Source: a virus
Virus record (IMG/VR): IMGVR_UViG_3300007169_000025
Coordinates: 32,001 to 96,000 of that record
DNA: 64,000 bases
Reading direction: 5' to 3' (one strand)
Shown: piece after piece, positions 1 through 11,200 of the stretch
How the letters are laid out: the number at the start of each line of letters is the position of its first letter
Position numbering within the stretch: the first letter of the stretch is position 1
Position numbers and translations under genes: made by a program
The notes under the pieces: generated by a model
The model's database searches: none
Told to the model about the DNA's origin: nothing
What the model saw: only the letters and a program-made list of their open reading frames with translations

Positions 1-2
1 AC

Positions 3-935
3 CGCTGTAAAATTCTTATTGATAATAGCATTGAAAGCTATGATGTCGTTGTAACAGACGACATGTCTATTATTAAAGAAATCATTATTAACACTATTAA
101 GAAATATGACCTTAAGAAAACTGATGTTATTTTATTAACAGCAAATTTTAGAACTTGGTTAAGTAATGATTTTCTCGTAGCAGTTAAAAATTGGGGAGAT
201 ACTAGGATTACACCTTGCGACAGCAATTTTTTTAATCTACAGAAAAATCTAATATTATCAAAAGCTGAACGATCTAAAAAAATACTTACTTTTATGCGTA
301 AAGAAAGATCGTTTAGATTTCACTTTGCTAAATTTATATATGATAACAATTTAAAAGAAGATAATATTGTTACTTTTGGTAAAAATGTATCACCTTATTA
401 TTGGGATAATAATTCAAAACAATTTTCAGCTGACTTTATTGATTCACTGCCCTGGGAATATGATATTGATTTAAAAAACAATAAAGACTTTGATCTTCTT
501 TTAGCTCGAGGCGACGCTGAAGTTAATGCTTACCTTGAGACATACATTAATTATGCTGTTGAAAGAAGCATTACATATTTAGAATACGAATTGGATATTT
601 CAGAGAAAAGTTTTAAGCCTATAGCGTTTTTACAGCCGTTCGTTATATTTGGGCAACCAGGAAGTTTAGTGTTTTTTAAAGATTTAGGATTTAAGACCTT
701 TGATCGCTGGTGGGACGAAAGCTATGACAGTATCAAAGACGAAGCAATTAGATTTAGAGCAATAGCTAATCTATACAAGCGATTAACTCGTATGTCTAAA
801 CAGCAACTTGCAGAAATTATGTATGAAGCATGGCCTGTTATAGAACACAACTACTATAACTATTGTGATTATATCAAAACTGGAAAAAGCGACCAAAATC
901 TACTTAAAATAATTAAAGAAAGTTTTGATAAATAG
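3..935 (+). CDS. Glycosyltransferase-like phage protein, 5'-partial
   Basis: The frame is open from position 3, so the gene starts upstream of the window. The C-terminal ISEKSFKPI..QPFVIFGQPG..LGFKTF..DESYD motif resembles GT10/exostosin-like phage proteins. AT-rich. Confidence 0.5.
   Translation, partial: RCKILIDNSIESYDVVVTDDMSIIKEIIINTIKKYDLKKTDVILLTANFRTWLSNDFLVAVKNWGDTRITPCDSNFFNLQKNLILSKAERSKKILTFMRKERSFRFHFAKFIYDNNLKEDNIVTFGKNVSPYYWDNNSKQFSADFIDSLPWEYDIDLKNNKDFDLLLARGDAEVNAYLETYINYAVERSITYLEYELDISEKSFKPIAFLQPFVIFGQPGSLVFFKDLGFKTFDRWWDESYDSIKDEAIRFRAIANLYKRLTRMSKQQLAEIMYEAWPVIEHNYYNYCDYIKTGKSDQNLLKIIKESFDK
927..934 (+). promoter_or_regulatory. T4-type late promoter variant GATAAATA
   Basis: The motif recurs upstream of most virion genes. 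Here it overlaps the stop codon of the upstream ORF and precedes the tail fibre gene. Confidence 0.7.
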
Positions 936-969
936 TTACAATAGACTTAATTCTGGTAGGGACTTCTAA

Positions 970-3900
970 ATGTCAACAACAAAGCGTACTGTTATCAAAG
1001 CTGACGAAGAGCTGGTTATCAAAGGCAAACTTACCATTGAAGGTAACGTTACTCAGCTTGAGCAAACAAATGTTATTACTGTTACAAATTTAGCAGGTAA
1101 TACCTTTACTGTTAATAGTGTTGACCCCGGAAATCCAGCAGCTAGTAACACTACAGCAATATTAAGTCTCAACAGCTTTAATACTCAGGCTAATCTTTCT
1201 TATAGCAATACCACAGGCAAACTAGTAATTAGTGTACCATTACAGGTTGCTGCTAATTCAAATATTGAAACTACTGGTAATATTATAGCAGGGTGGTTCC
1301 ACGGTGATGGCAGTAACATCACAGGATTATCAACAACAATAGTATCCGAAGGTACAAATCTATATTTTACAAATGCTCGTGTTAGAGCTGCTATTACGCA
1401 TGTAGATGCCGGCGGCGATGGCAGCTTTAGTTATAACGCTTCAACAGGAGTGTTTACATACACTGGTCCAAGTGCTAGCGAAACTCGCGCACATTTTAGT
1501 GCCACTGACGGACTTGTTTATAATAGTACCACAGGTGTATTTACTTTAGATAGTGTTGCAGCCGGTAATGGTTTAGTTTATTCAAACGGCGTATTTCATG
1601 TAGGCGCCGGTGACGGTATTACTATAGGACTTAATGATGTTGGTGTAGATGGCACAGTTGTTCGCACGAGCGGCAATCAAGATATATACGGCGTCAAAAA
1701 GTTTGAAAACGGTATAGTATTAGCTGCTAATATTAATATTGTACCTGAAACAAATAATACTTCTTCAATTGGTAACAGTACAAATTGGATTAAAGAAGTA
1801 TATGCAAACGTTATTCATGTTTCACACTTAAACATTGGCGCCGATGCTAACTTAGAAGATGTACATACAACATTCTATCCCGGCACAGCCGCTAATGCAT
1901 TAGTTACAAGAACCTCTGATGGTTTAACATTTACGCATAATACAACCGGCGCATATTATAAAATTAATGTTGGCGACGGATTACAAGTTGACGGTAACGG
2001 TAATCTTGCAGTTAATAATACTGTAATTAGAACTTCTGGTGATCAAAGTATCGCAGGCAATATTACACTTACAGGTAATCTTGCTATTACAGGTAACTTA
2101 GATGTTACTGCAAATATTAATAGTTTAAATGTTGTTGATTTAAATGTTCAAGACACTCAAATTATTCTTAATGCTAATGCCGGTTCAGGTGCAAATAGTA
2201 ATATAGCAGTTAATAGAGGTAGTGATCCTACAGTATACATTAAGTGGAATGAAAGTAATGACACTTGGATGTTTACAAATAACGGCGTTGCAGAATATCC
2301 AATACCTGTTAGCACAGATGACTTAGATGAAGGTAATAATAATCTTTATTACACTACTGATCGTGCTAATAGTGCAATAGATGATTATCTTGTAGGCGGG
2401 AATGGTTTAACATATTCAACTGGGAACATCAGTGTAGGCGCAGGTGATGGCATTGTTGTAAATGCTGATAACGTTTCAGTAGACGCAACAGTGGTTCGTA
2501 CTAGTGGTGATCAAACCATTAGCGGCACCAAACATTTTACTGGAGAATTAGTAATACCGTCAACAATGCCCACTAGCAATAACTCACTTTATGTTAATGC
2601 AGGCAATTCAGCAGTTTTTGCTTATGTAAATGGTGTGCATGTTCAGCTAACGGCTGATAGTGATGTTGGACAAGTTGAAGATGTTGGTAACACTGGTATC
2701 AATGTTTATGCAGGTTCTAGACAGCAGATACTTGGAAATGCTAACGTATTCTTTCACGGTATTAAAAGTATTGATGCAGGAACATATTTAAATATTTCTG
2801 AAGCAAGCAATGTTATTACCATGTCTGGTAATATCACTGCAATTAAAAACGAATTTAGTGTTTCAAACCTAAGTGGCTTTGGAAATCTAAGTTATGCAAA
2901 CGGCGTTATTAGTTATACTGGTGCAAGCAATGCTGATGTTAGAGGATTGTTTAGTGGTACAGGTCTAATTAATGTTAACCCTAGCACAGGTGTTATCAGT
3001 ACCACCGCAGACAATTACGGTAATTGGAGTGTTCAAACAGATAGTGGTGCCGGCGCAAAAACAGCAGTCAGTAGCGGGCATACACTAACACTTCAGGGTA
3101 CTTCTGGAATCGTTGTTACAAATTCTGGTAATACTGTTTCTATTGCAATGGCTGTTGCTAATGCTGATATTACAGGTGTAACAGCTGGTGCAGGCCTAAC
3201 AGGCGGCGGAACATCAGGTACAGTTACATTAGATGTTGGTGCTGGTGCATACATGATTGTAAATGCTGATAATATATCAGCAAATGCAGCCAGTGTTGCT
3301 ACTGCAAACGTTCTTGTTGCTAGAGATGCAAATGCAAACGTCTCAGCTAATAACTTTGTTGGTACAACTGCAAACGTAGATTTGGTTGCAGGTAATAATA
3401 CATTAAGACTTGACACAACCGGTCAAACAACTATACCTGGCAATGTAATTCCAAATGCTAACGGTGTGTACAGCTTAGGTAGCCCAACGGCTCGTTGGAA
3501 AGACTTGTATGTAACATCAGCTTCTATCTACATTGGCGATGAAGCACTGTCTGTTAACGAAGATGGTAACATTTTATTTGGTAATGATCAATTAGTCACA
3601 TCGCAGCAAGTAACTGGCGGTCTTGGACTAGTAGTTTCAAATGCCTCTCTGTCAGTAGGACAAGGTAACGGTATTATAGTTACATCTGAATCTGTATCTG
3701 TTAATGCAGGTAACGGTTTAATTATTGCTGCTGATACGGCTTACCCTGTTGTTACAGGTAACTTTAGTCCAAATGTAAGTTTAGAATATTATGCTAATAG
3801 CTCTGAAACAGGTAACGTATTAATATTTGAATATGCAACACCTGCACTACTTGGATTCCAAACAATAAACTCTGGTAATAGTTCATTAGCAACGGATTCT

Positions 3901-5028
3901 ATTATTACTATTCCAACAGGTTATAACAGAGCTAACATTTCTGCAAGATTGGATCTAAGTGTTGTAGAAACAAGCGATCCTCAAACATTCTCAGCAAATG
4001 CTTATATTGTTAAAAATGGTGACATTGAAAATGTATTACAGTCTAATACAGTTACATTTAATAATGTTACAACAAATTCAAATATTCATCTAAGTCTTAC
4101 AAACATTGATGTAAGCCCAACAGATGAAATTACTGTTAGATACGCATTTAGTGTTGTAGGCAATGCTAATACTGCGGTGGGTAATATTACAGTTGCAAAT
4201 ACATCTGTAACAAGTATTACACTTTCAAATACTGGTAATGTTGAAGTTGGCGCCGGCGCTGGTATTGTTGTTAACGCTGATAATGTTGCAATCAATACTT
4301 CTTATGTAAGAGGCTTAGTAAGTGCAACCGATGCAGGCGGCGATGGCAGCTTTAGTTATAACAGCTCAACTGGTGTGTTTACATACACTGGCCCAAGTCA
4401 AGCAGAAGCAAATTCTCGCATTGATGCATATCTAGTAGGCGGTAGCGGATTAGTATACAGCGCCGGTACATTTGAAGTTGGCGCAGGCCAGGGTATTACT
4501 GTTGGCGCTAACGATGTAGCAGTTAATTTATCTGACACTAATGTCTTTACATCTACTAACACCGCAAGTAAAGCAGTAGTTCGCGACACCAACGGCAGTT
4601 TTGCCGCAAACGTTATTACAGCAACAGCTACCAGCGCACGCTATGCTGACTTGGCAGAAAACTATCAAGGTGATGCAGATTATCTACCTGGCACAGTTCT
4701 TGTATTTGGCGGTAACGCAGAAGTTACTATAGCAGTAACACACGAATCAACAAGAGTAGCAGGTGTAGTAACTACAAACCCTGCTCACGTTATGAACAGT
4801 GAATTAACAGGACCAACAGTTGCATGTATTGCACTTCGCGGCCGCGTTCCAGTAAAGGTTAAAGGAATTGTTCGTAAGGGCGATGTACTTGTTACCGCTG
4901 GTGAAGGACACAATGGTTATGCTGTAGCTGCACTTAATCCTCGCAGCGTACCAGCCGCAGCCATTGTTGGTAAAGCAATCACTGACAAGTTAGACAACGG
5001 CCTAGGCGAAGTTGAAGCACTAATTTAA
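970..5028 (+). CDS. Long tail fibre / spike protein (1352 aa) with C-terminal YADLAE intramolecular-chaperone-like domain
   Basis: G/N/T/V/A-rich beta repeats (GAGDGITV, GGDGSFSY..GVFTYTGPS), a YSLGSPTARWKDLY motif, and C-terminal YADLAENY..PGTVLVFGG..LRGRVPVKVKG..KGD. Confidence 0.8.
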   Translation: MSTTKRTVIKADEELVIKGKLTIEGNVTQLEQTNVITVTNLAGNTFTVNSVDPGNPAASNTTAILSLNSFNTQANLSYSNTTGKLVISVPLQVAANSNIETTGNIIAGWFHGDGSNITGLSTTIVSEGTNLYFTNARVRAAITHVDAGGDGSFSYNASTGVFTYTGPSASETRAHFSATDGLVYNSTTGVFTLDSVAAGNGLVYSNGVFHVGAGDGITIGLNDVGVDGTVVRTSGNQDIYGVKKFENGIVLAANINIVPETNNTSSIGNSTNWIKEVYANVIHVSHLNIGADANLEDVHTTFYPGTAANALVTRTSDGLTFTHNTTGAYYKINVGDGLQVDGNGNLAVNNTVIRTSGDQSIAGNITLTGNLAITGNLDVTANINSLNVVDLNVQDTQIILNANAGSGANSNIAVNRGSDPTVYIKWNESNDTWMFTNNGVAEYPIPVSTDDLDEGNNNLYYTTDRANSAIDDYLVGGNGLTYSTGNISVGAGDGIVVNADNVSVDATVVRTSGDQTISGTKHFTGELVIPSTMPTSNNSLYVNAGNSAVFAYVNGVHVQLTADSDVGQVEDVGNTGINVYAGSRQQILGNANVFFHGIKSIDAGTYLNISEASNVITMSGNITAIKNEFSVSNLSGFGNLSYANGVISYTGASNADVRGLFSGTGLINVNPSTGVISTTADNYGNWSVQTDSGAGAKTAVSSGHTLTLQGTSGIVVTNSGNTVSIAMAVANADITGVTAGAGLTGGGTSGTVTLDVGAGAYMIVNADNISANAASVATANVLVARDANANVSANNFVGTTANVDLVAGNNTLRLDTTGQTTIPGNVIPNANGVYSLGSPTARWKDLYVTSASIYIGDEALSVNEDGNILFGNDQLVTSQQVTGGLGLVVSNASLSVGQGNGIIVTSESVSVNAGNGLIIAADTAYPVVTGNFSPNVSLEYYANSSETGNVLIFEYATPALLGFQTINSGNSSLATDSIITIPTGYNRANISARLDLSVVETSDPQTFSANAYIVKNGDIENVLQSNTVTFNNVTTNSNIHLSLTNIDVSPTDEITVRYAFSVVGNANTAVGNITVANTSVTSITLSNTGNVEVGAGAGIVVNADNVAINTSYVRGLVSATDAGGDGSFSYNSSTGVFTYTGPSQAEANSRIDAYLVGGSGLVYSAGTFEVGAGQGITVGANDVAVNLSDTNVFTSTNTASKAVVRDTNGSFAANVITATATSARYADLAENYQGDADYLPGTVLVFGGNAEVTIAVTHESTRVAGVVTTNPAHVMNSELTGPTVACIALRGRVPVKVKGIVRKGDVLVTAGEGHNGYAVAALNPRSVPAAAIVGKAITDKLDNGLGEVEALI

Positions 5029-5745
5029 TTAGAGCGTTGCCCTATCAATTCTGCGTATAGCTCTGTGCCTAAAGAAAGAGGTATAGAAATTACCTGTTTG
5101 AACAGGACTATAAATGCCGCCAGCAGCTTCCCATGCCCATTGATACCATGCTGAACCTATTTTTCTTGTAGTCGAAGACCACATGCCTGTGGTGATTGAA
5201 TTATCGCCGCCGTTGTTTGGCGCATTTAATGCTTGAGCACCACCAGTTTGAAATAATGCGGCAGTAGTTGTGCTTGGGTGTAGATTATTAACAATTACTG
5301 TTAGTTCGTCAATACTGGGTATATACCAACCAGTGAAACCATTAATTCTAAATAAACTAGTTGGATGTCTAAGTTCCCAGTACACTGAATTTTTGTTTAC
5401 TGATGTACTCCAGCCGCTCGACCCGCCAAAAAAACTAGGATTTGCATAATAACTGCTGGCATTTAGACCGTCACTATTGCTGGTGTAAATATCACCTTTA
5501 GTGCCACCGCCTAAGCCATTTGATCGTTTTGCATATTGTCCTGTATTTGTGCCAATCTGCGAAGATCCGCTAATAGGAGCAATAATTAGCGCATATGTAA
5601 CACTACCTGAGGTATAATTTCCAGCAAAGTATCCACCGCCATATGGCTCACCTATTGTTGTTAATAATGGTGCAGGTGCAGCAGAAACTGTGGCTCCGGA
5701 TCCAACAAATCTACCGCCAACTAATCTAGTCCCTTGAATTATCAT
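5029..5745 (-). CDS. DUF1566/Lcl-like (C-type-lectin-fold) virion protein
   Basis: IGEPYGGGYFAG, GWYIPSIDEL, WSST and terminal RAIRR motifs are typical of Lcl/DUF1566 phage proteins. A late promoter lies directly upstream. Confidence 0.55.
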   Translation of the reverse strand: MIIQGTRLVGGRFVGSGATVSAAPAPLLTTIGEPYGGGYFAGNYTSGSVTYALIIAPISGSSQIGTNTGQYAKRSNGLGGGTKGDIYTSNSDGLNASSYYANPSFFGGSSGWSTSVNKNSVYWELRHPTSLFRINGFTGWYIPSIDELTVIVNNLHPSTTTAALFQTGGAQALNAPNNGGDNSITTGMWSSTTRKIGSAWYQWAWEAAGGIYSPVQTGNFYTSFFRHRAIRRIDRATL

Positions 5746-5750
5746 ACAGT

Positions 5751-5772
5751 TATTTATCGCAATAGATAAATA
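5751..5772. promoter_or_regulatory. Back-to-back divergent late promoters
   Basis: tatttatc (5751-5758, GATAAATA on the minus strand), then gcaata, then gataaata (5765-5772). Confidence 0.75.
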
Positions 5773-5779
5773 GTTTTAA

Positions 5780-5831
5780 CGGATAGACTAAAACGCAAGT
5801 TTTAGACAGGTGCATTGCACTTGACTGACCG
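5780..5831 (+). promoter_or_regulatory. Predicted three-way-junction 5' leader RNA
   Basis: P1 cggatag/ctgaccg, P2 ctaaaac-GCAA-gttttag, P3 caggtgc-att-gcacttg, with single-A linkers. It abuts the GGAG Shine-Dalgarno of the 5840 gene. Confidence 0.45.
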
Positions 5832-5839
5832 GAGAAGAG

Positions 5840-6859
5840 ATGGCTATTTTTGGTAACTTTAAAGGTACCACTCAGACTGATTTTAAAATCGGAAAGAGAG
5901 GTCCTACATTATTCACTTCCCCACGCGACGGATCGTCGTATACCCTCGCCGGTCAATTAGAAGGCGATTATTGGATTGACCCGGGCAATTCTACAATTAA
6001 TGTATATACAACTGAACTAGTAAACGGCAATATTGTAGCTGATTGGCGCAGTATAGGTTCTTATCTAAGTGATTTAAATGTTGATAACGGCACATTATTT
6101 GTTGACAGTTCTAACGATACAGTAAGTATTGGTTCTACAAGCTCAAACGAAAAACTATTCGTTAACGGTAGCTTACGACTAGGCACTAACCCATCCATCA
6201 AATACTCCGGCGCATATTTAGATCTTAAACATGCCAATGGCACAGGCACAGTAGTTCGTGTTAGAGATAATACTGGAAATAACAATCCGGTGTTTAAGAT
6301 TTACGGATCAAACAATACTAACGAAGTTTTCAAAGTTGAAGGCACAAACGTTACTATTGCAAATTCTTATATTTTACCTACCGAAGACGGTACCAACGGC
6401 CAAGTAATTACCACAGACGGTAATGGTGTTTTAACATTTGGCAACATAGCAGTATCCACTACCGCAGCAGGGTCTAACGGTCAAATTCAATTTAATGAAT
6501 CAGGTACTCTTGCAGCTAATGCTAGTTTAACATATGATAGTGCAAACTATGTTTTACAGACTGGTGTTGTTAGAGGTATTCTATTTGAACAAATAACAGA
6601 ATATGGCGACATGATCGCCCCAGTAGTTTTAGGCTATAATTATGGCTCGATAACTAACAGTACTACATCAATTGGTTCCTACGGCTATATGTCGGCTACA
6701 GTTGGCGAAGTTTCACAATCTTTTACAGTTGGGACTTTACCAAATCCTAGTGTGCCAGGACAAATGATTTTTGTTAGCAATGAGTCTGGCGGCGCAACAA
6801 TGGCATTCAGCGACGGAACAAATTGGCGTAGAGTTCAAGACAGAGCAATTGTAAGTTAA
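5840..6859 (+). CDS. Tail fibre/baseplate-associated structural protein
   Basis: Fibre motifs LPTEDGTNGQVITTDGNGVLTF and AGSNGQIQFN; C-terminal GQMIFVSNESGG..AFSDGTNWRR. Confidence 0.6.
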   Translation: MAIFGNFKGTTQTDFKIGKRGPTLFTSPRDGSSYTLAGQLEGDYWIDPGNSTINVYTTELVNGNIVADWRSIGSYLSDLNVDNGTLFVDSSNDTVSIGSTSSNEKLFVNGSLRLGTNPSIKYSGAYLDLKHANGTGTVVRVRDNTGNNNPVFKIYGSNNTNEVFKVEGTNVTIANSYILPTEDGTNGQVITTDGNGVLTFGNIAVSTTAAGSNGQIQFNESGTLAANASLTYDSANYVLQTGVVRGILFEQITEYGDMIAPVVLGYNYGSITNSTTSIGSYGYMSATVGEVSQSFTVGTLPNPSVPGQMIFVSNESGGATMAFSDGTNWRRVQDRAIVS

Positions 6860-6873
6860 CACAGAGGACACAC

Positions 6874-8226
6874 ATGGCTAGACCCAAGAAAACAAATTCA
6901 AAAGAAAAAATACTTAAAGAATCTGTTGAATTAGAAACATTAGTATTACAGGAAATTCCACCTGTAAAAACTGAAGCTATAGACATTGATATAGACGCAT
7001 TGGTTGATAATATAACTAATACAGTTACAGAAAAATTAAAAAAAGAATTTGAAGATAAATTTAATTCAGCTGTTGCAACATTAAGTAAATCTACAGAGAG
7101 TCGCCGCGACCGTGTAGTTGTTACAGGTGAAAAACAATATTTCATTGATGCTACATCAGATGGGCTACAATTCAGTAAAGATAACGATGTAGTACTTTTA
7201 GTTGGTAAAAACGGACAGTTAGCTACAGGAACCAAAGCACCTAAAACTGTAGGCAAAGGATCTGTTCATTTTAAAGCTGGTGCATCTAGCGAAGCAGTTA
7301 TACCTTCAAACAACTTAGGTTCAACCCGCGGTCTAATTGTTGAAGGCGATGGCGATGATGAAAAGACATTTGTACTTCGCGCAGTAAGCAGAATGAATCG
7401 CCAAGGTTTTAACGTATTCAGCGATGGTAGTGTAGCATTAGGTAGTATGCAAAAAATTAATAATGCATCTTTTAGTGTATATCATCGTCATCCTGTTGAT
7501 GATGCGATGTCAGTAAAAGTACCAAGTTTACAATTTGAAGATAATGCTATTAACATAGATGTTGATGCAGCACCTAGCGGTATTTGGGCAGCAATATCAG
7601 CTAAATCAGGCAACGAAAATATTTTTAAAGTCAGCGGCACAGGCTCAACCTATTCAGCTGGAGAATTTAATTCAAACTTTAGAGGTTATGCTGAAATGTT
7701 TGAATGGGCTGATAGAAATAATCGTAATGAAGAGCGAGTAGGTTTTACTGTAGCATTTGATTCTACAGGAAAAATTATTAGTGCCGATGAAGGTGATACT
7801 GTTGTGGGTGTTGTTGTTAACAATGCTGCAATTATTGGTAATACTGCATGGAATCATTGGCATACTAAAAAGCAAAAAGATTTTCTAAACAATTATGAAA
7901 CTAGCGAATTTAATATTATAGAATGGCTAGAAATGGAAACATCTTTACTAAAAAGTTTTGATAAAACTACATTGTCTAGTAATTTTATTATGCCGGAGAA
8001 TGCAACCGAAATACAAAGCGACAGTAAAGGTAATCAATTTTTTAAAATTAAGAATAGCGCAGGTTATGATTTAAACAAAGAATATTCTTCTAGAGAATTG
8101 CGCTCATCGTGGGCAAAGGTTTGTGTATTAGGTGTTGCACCTGTTTATAAAGGACAGCAAACCGGTAAGAATTGGGTTAAAATAAAAAGTTTAAATGATG
8201 AATTAGAATTATGGCTAATTCGTTAA
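6874..8226 (+). CDS. Tail spike-associated protein with peptidase G2-like autoproteolytic C-terminal domain
   Basis: GYAEMFEWAD..GFTV..VVGVV..IIGN and YSSRELRSSWAKV.VLG motifs of peptidase G2-type chaperone domains. Confidence 0.6.
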   Translation: MARPKKTNSKEKILKESVELETLVLQEIPPVKTEAIDIDIDALVDNITNTVTEKLKKEFEDKFNSAVATLSKSTESRRDRVVVTGEKQYFIDATSDGLQFSKDNDVVLLVGKNGQLATGTKAPKTVGKGSVHFKAGASSEAVIPSNNLGSTRGLIVEGDGDDEKTFVLRAVSRMNRQGFNVFSDGSVALGSMQKINNASFSVYHRHPVDDAMSVKVPSLQFEDNAINIDVDAAPSGIWAAISAKSGNENIFKVSGTGSTYSAGEFNSNFRGYAEMFEWADRNNRNEERVGFTVAFDSTGKIISADEGDTVVGVVVNNAAIIGNTAWNHWHTKKQKDFLNNYETSEFNIIEWLEMETSLLKSFDKTTLSSNFIMPENATEIQSDSKGNQFFKIKNSAGYDLNKEYSSRELRSSWAKVCVLGVAPVYKGQQTGKNWVKIKSLNDELELWLIR

Positions 8227-8265
8227 AAATGATAAATATAAACATATAATTTAGGGGTTTTTGAG

Positions 8266-11200
8266 ATGGCAACAGCAATTCAGAGACGTGGTGGTACTAC
8301 TGCTGAACACGCAAACTTTACAGGTTTAGCAAGGGAAATCACGATTGATACAGATAAGAATACAGTTGTGGTTCATGACGGTACTACTGCTGGCGGACAT
8401 CCTTTGGCTACCGCAGCAGACCTTGCTAACATTTCAGGTACAGTAGGCAACATTGTAGCTGACATTACTAGTGTTATAGCAGGTAATGGTTTATCAGGTG
8501 GTGCAAACTCCGGCGACGCTAACTTAAACGTTGGCGCAGGTGATGGTATTACTGTAAACGCAGATAATGTTGCTGTAAATGTTGCGTTTGTTAGGAATCA
8601 GTTTAGTGCATCTTCACCCCTATCATATGATGCTGTAACCGGCGCTTTTAGCATTACTGAAGTTGGCGATATTAGTGCAGTAACAGCAGGCAATGGTTTA
8701 ACAGGTGGCGGCTCATCAGGAGCAGTCACACTAGATATTGGTTCGGGTTACGGTATTACTGTTTCTTCAGATGCAGTTGCAGTTAGTAACGTTGATGTTC
8801 GAGCATTGTTTAGTGCAGCAGGCGACCTAAGTTATAACGCCTCAACAGGTGTGTTTAGTTTTACAAATGATGCAGGTGATATCGAATCAGTTACCGCAGG
8901 TGACGGTCTAAGTGGCGGCGGAGCAAGCGGCGCAGTAACAATCAATGTTGTTGCTGGTCCCGGTATCGATGTTGGTGCTGATAACGTTGCAGTTAATACA
9001 GCCTTTATCAAAGGTATGTTTAGCGCAACTGACACGGGCGGTGATGGCAGCTTCAGCTACAGCAACGGCGTATTTACATATACCGGCCCAAGTCAAGCAG
9101 AAGCTAACGCTAGAATGGATGCATATCTAGTAGGTGGCGGCGGCCTAACATATACTAGCGGCACTTTTGCAGTTGGCGCAGGTACAGGTATTACTGTTAA
9201 TGCTGATGATGTAGCAGTTAATGCATCATATATTAAGAGCTTGTTTAGCGCAACTGATTCAGGCGGCGACGGGTCGTTCTCATATAACGACGGCGTATTT
9301 ACATACACTGGTCCAAGTCAAGCAGAAGCAAACTCACGTATTGATGCACGTCTAAGTGGCGGCACAGGTGTTTCTTATACATCAGGTGTTATTGCAATTG
9401 GTCAAGCAGTTGCTACAACTAGCAACGTTACATTTAATAATATTAATGCATCAGGTACAGTAACCATTGATGGTAACCTAGTTGTAAATGGCAATACTAC
9501 AACAATTAGCGCAACTAACTTAGCAATTGATGATAACCTAATTTACTTAAATTCTAATAGTACAATTACAAATCCAGATCTGGGCTTTGTTGGTAACTAT
9601 AACGACGGCACATATGCACACACTGGTGTGTTCCGTGATGCTACCGACGGCCGCTGGAAATTCTTTAAAGGATATGTTCCAGAGCCTGGTCAAACAATTG
9701 ATACTTCAAATAATACTTTCCAGTATGCTGATGTACAAGCCAACGTATTCTACGGCACATTCGTAGGTAATATTACAGGTAATATTAGCACACTTGGTAA
9801 CTTTACTACTACAGATTTAGCAGAAGGTACAAATTTATATTTTACCGCAGCAAGAGCCCGCGGCAACATCAGTGTTACTGATTCAGGCGGTGATGGTTCA
9901 CTCAGTTACGATAACAGTACTGGTGTAATCACATATACTGGCCCAAGTCAAGCAGAAGCAAACTCACGCATTGATGCACGTTTAAGTGGCACAAATGGTG
10001 TTAGCTACAGTAGTGGTGTAATCAGTCTAGCTAGCTCAACAGCAGGTTCAGGTTTAACATTTGCATCAGGTGTATTAGCAGTTGGTGCAGGTACAGGTAT
10101 TACTGTAAATGCTGACGATGTTGCACTAAGTGCATCAGGCGTAGCAGCAGGAACATATGGTAATGCTACAGCAGTAAGCCAAGTAGTAGTTGATACTTAT
10201 GGTCGCGTTACTAGCGCAAGTAACATTGCTATTACTCCAGCAGTAGGCTCTATTACTGGTTTAGGTACAGGTGTTGCAACATTCTTAGCAACACCTTCAA
10301 GTGCTAACCTAGCAGGTGCAGTTACAGACGAAACAGGCTCGGGTGCATTAGTATTTGCTAACAGCCCATCCCTAACAACACCAACATTGGGTGTGGCAAG
10401 TGCTACAAGCATTAACAAGGTTGCATTTACTGCTCCAGCAACTGGTGCAACACTAACACTAGCTGATGGTAGCACACTAGCAACCAACGGTGCGTTTGCA
10501 CTAACATTGACAACTACAGGTGCAAGTAATGTTACACTACCAACTAGTGGAACATTAGCAACACTAGCTGGTACTGAAACACTAACCAACAAAACAATTA
10601 ACGGTGCAAACAACACACTAACTGTTCGCATTGCTAACGATGTAAGTGGGTTAGGCACAGGTGTTGCAACTGCACTAGCAGTTAACACCGGCACAGCAGG
10701 TGCATTTGTTGTTAATGGCGGCGCATTAGGCACACCAAGCAGCGGTACATTAACTAACTGCACCGGCTTACCACTAGGGTCTGTCACAGGCCTAGGCACA
10801 GGCGTAGCAACATTCTTAGCAACACCTTCAAGTGCTAACCTAGCAAGTGCGGTTACAGATGAAACTGGCTCCGGCGCATTAGTATTTGGCACAAGTCCAA
10901 CCTTTACTACACAAATCAGTGTTCCTGTGATTGTTAAGACTGGTACTGACGGTGTTGGTGATATCGGACAGAGTGCTAATAAGTTTGCTACTGTTTATGC
11001 AACTACATTTAGCGGTACATCCACAACAGCAAAATACGCTGACTTGGCAGAAAAGTATTCAGCAGACGCAGATTACGAACCAGGTACAGTTCTACACTTT
11101 GGTGGTGAAGCAGAAGTTACACTATGCGACTCAGATATGTGCCGCAAGGTAGCAGGCGTTGTAACAACAGCACCAGCTCACTTGATGAACAGTGAACTAG

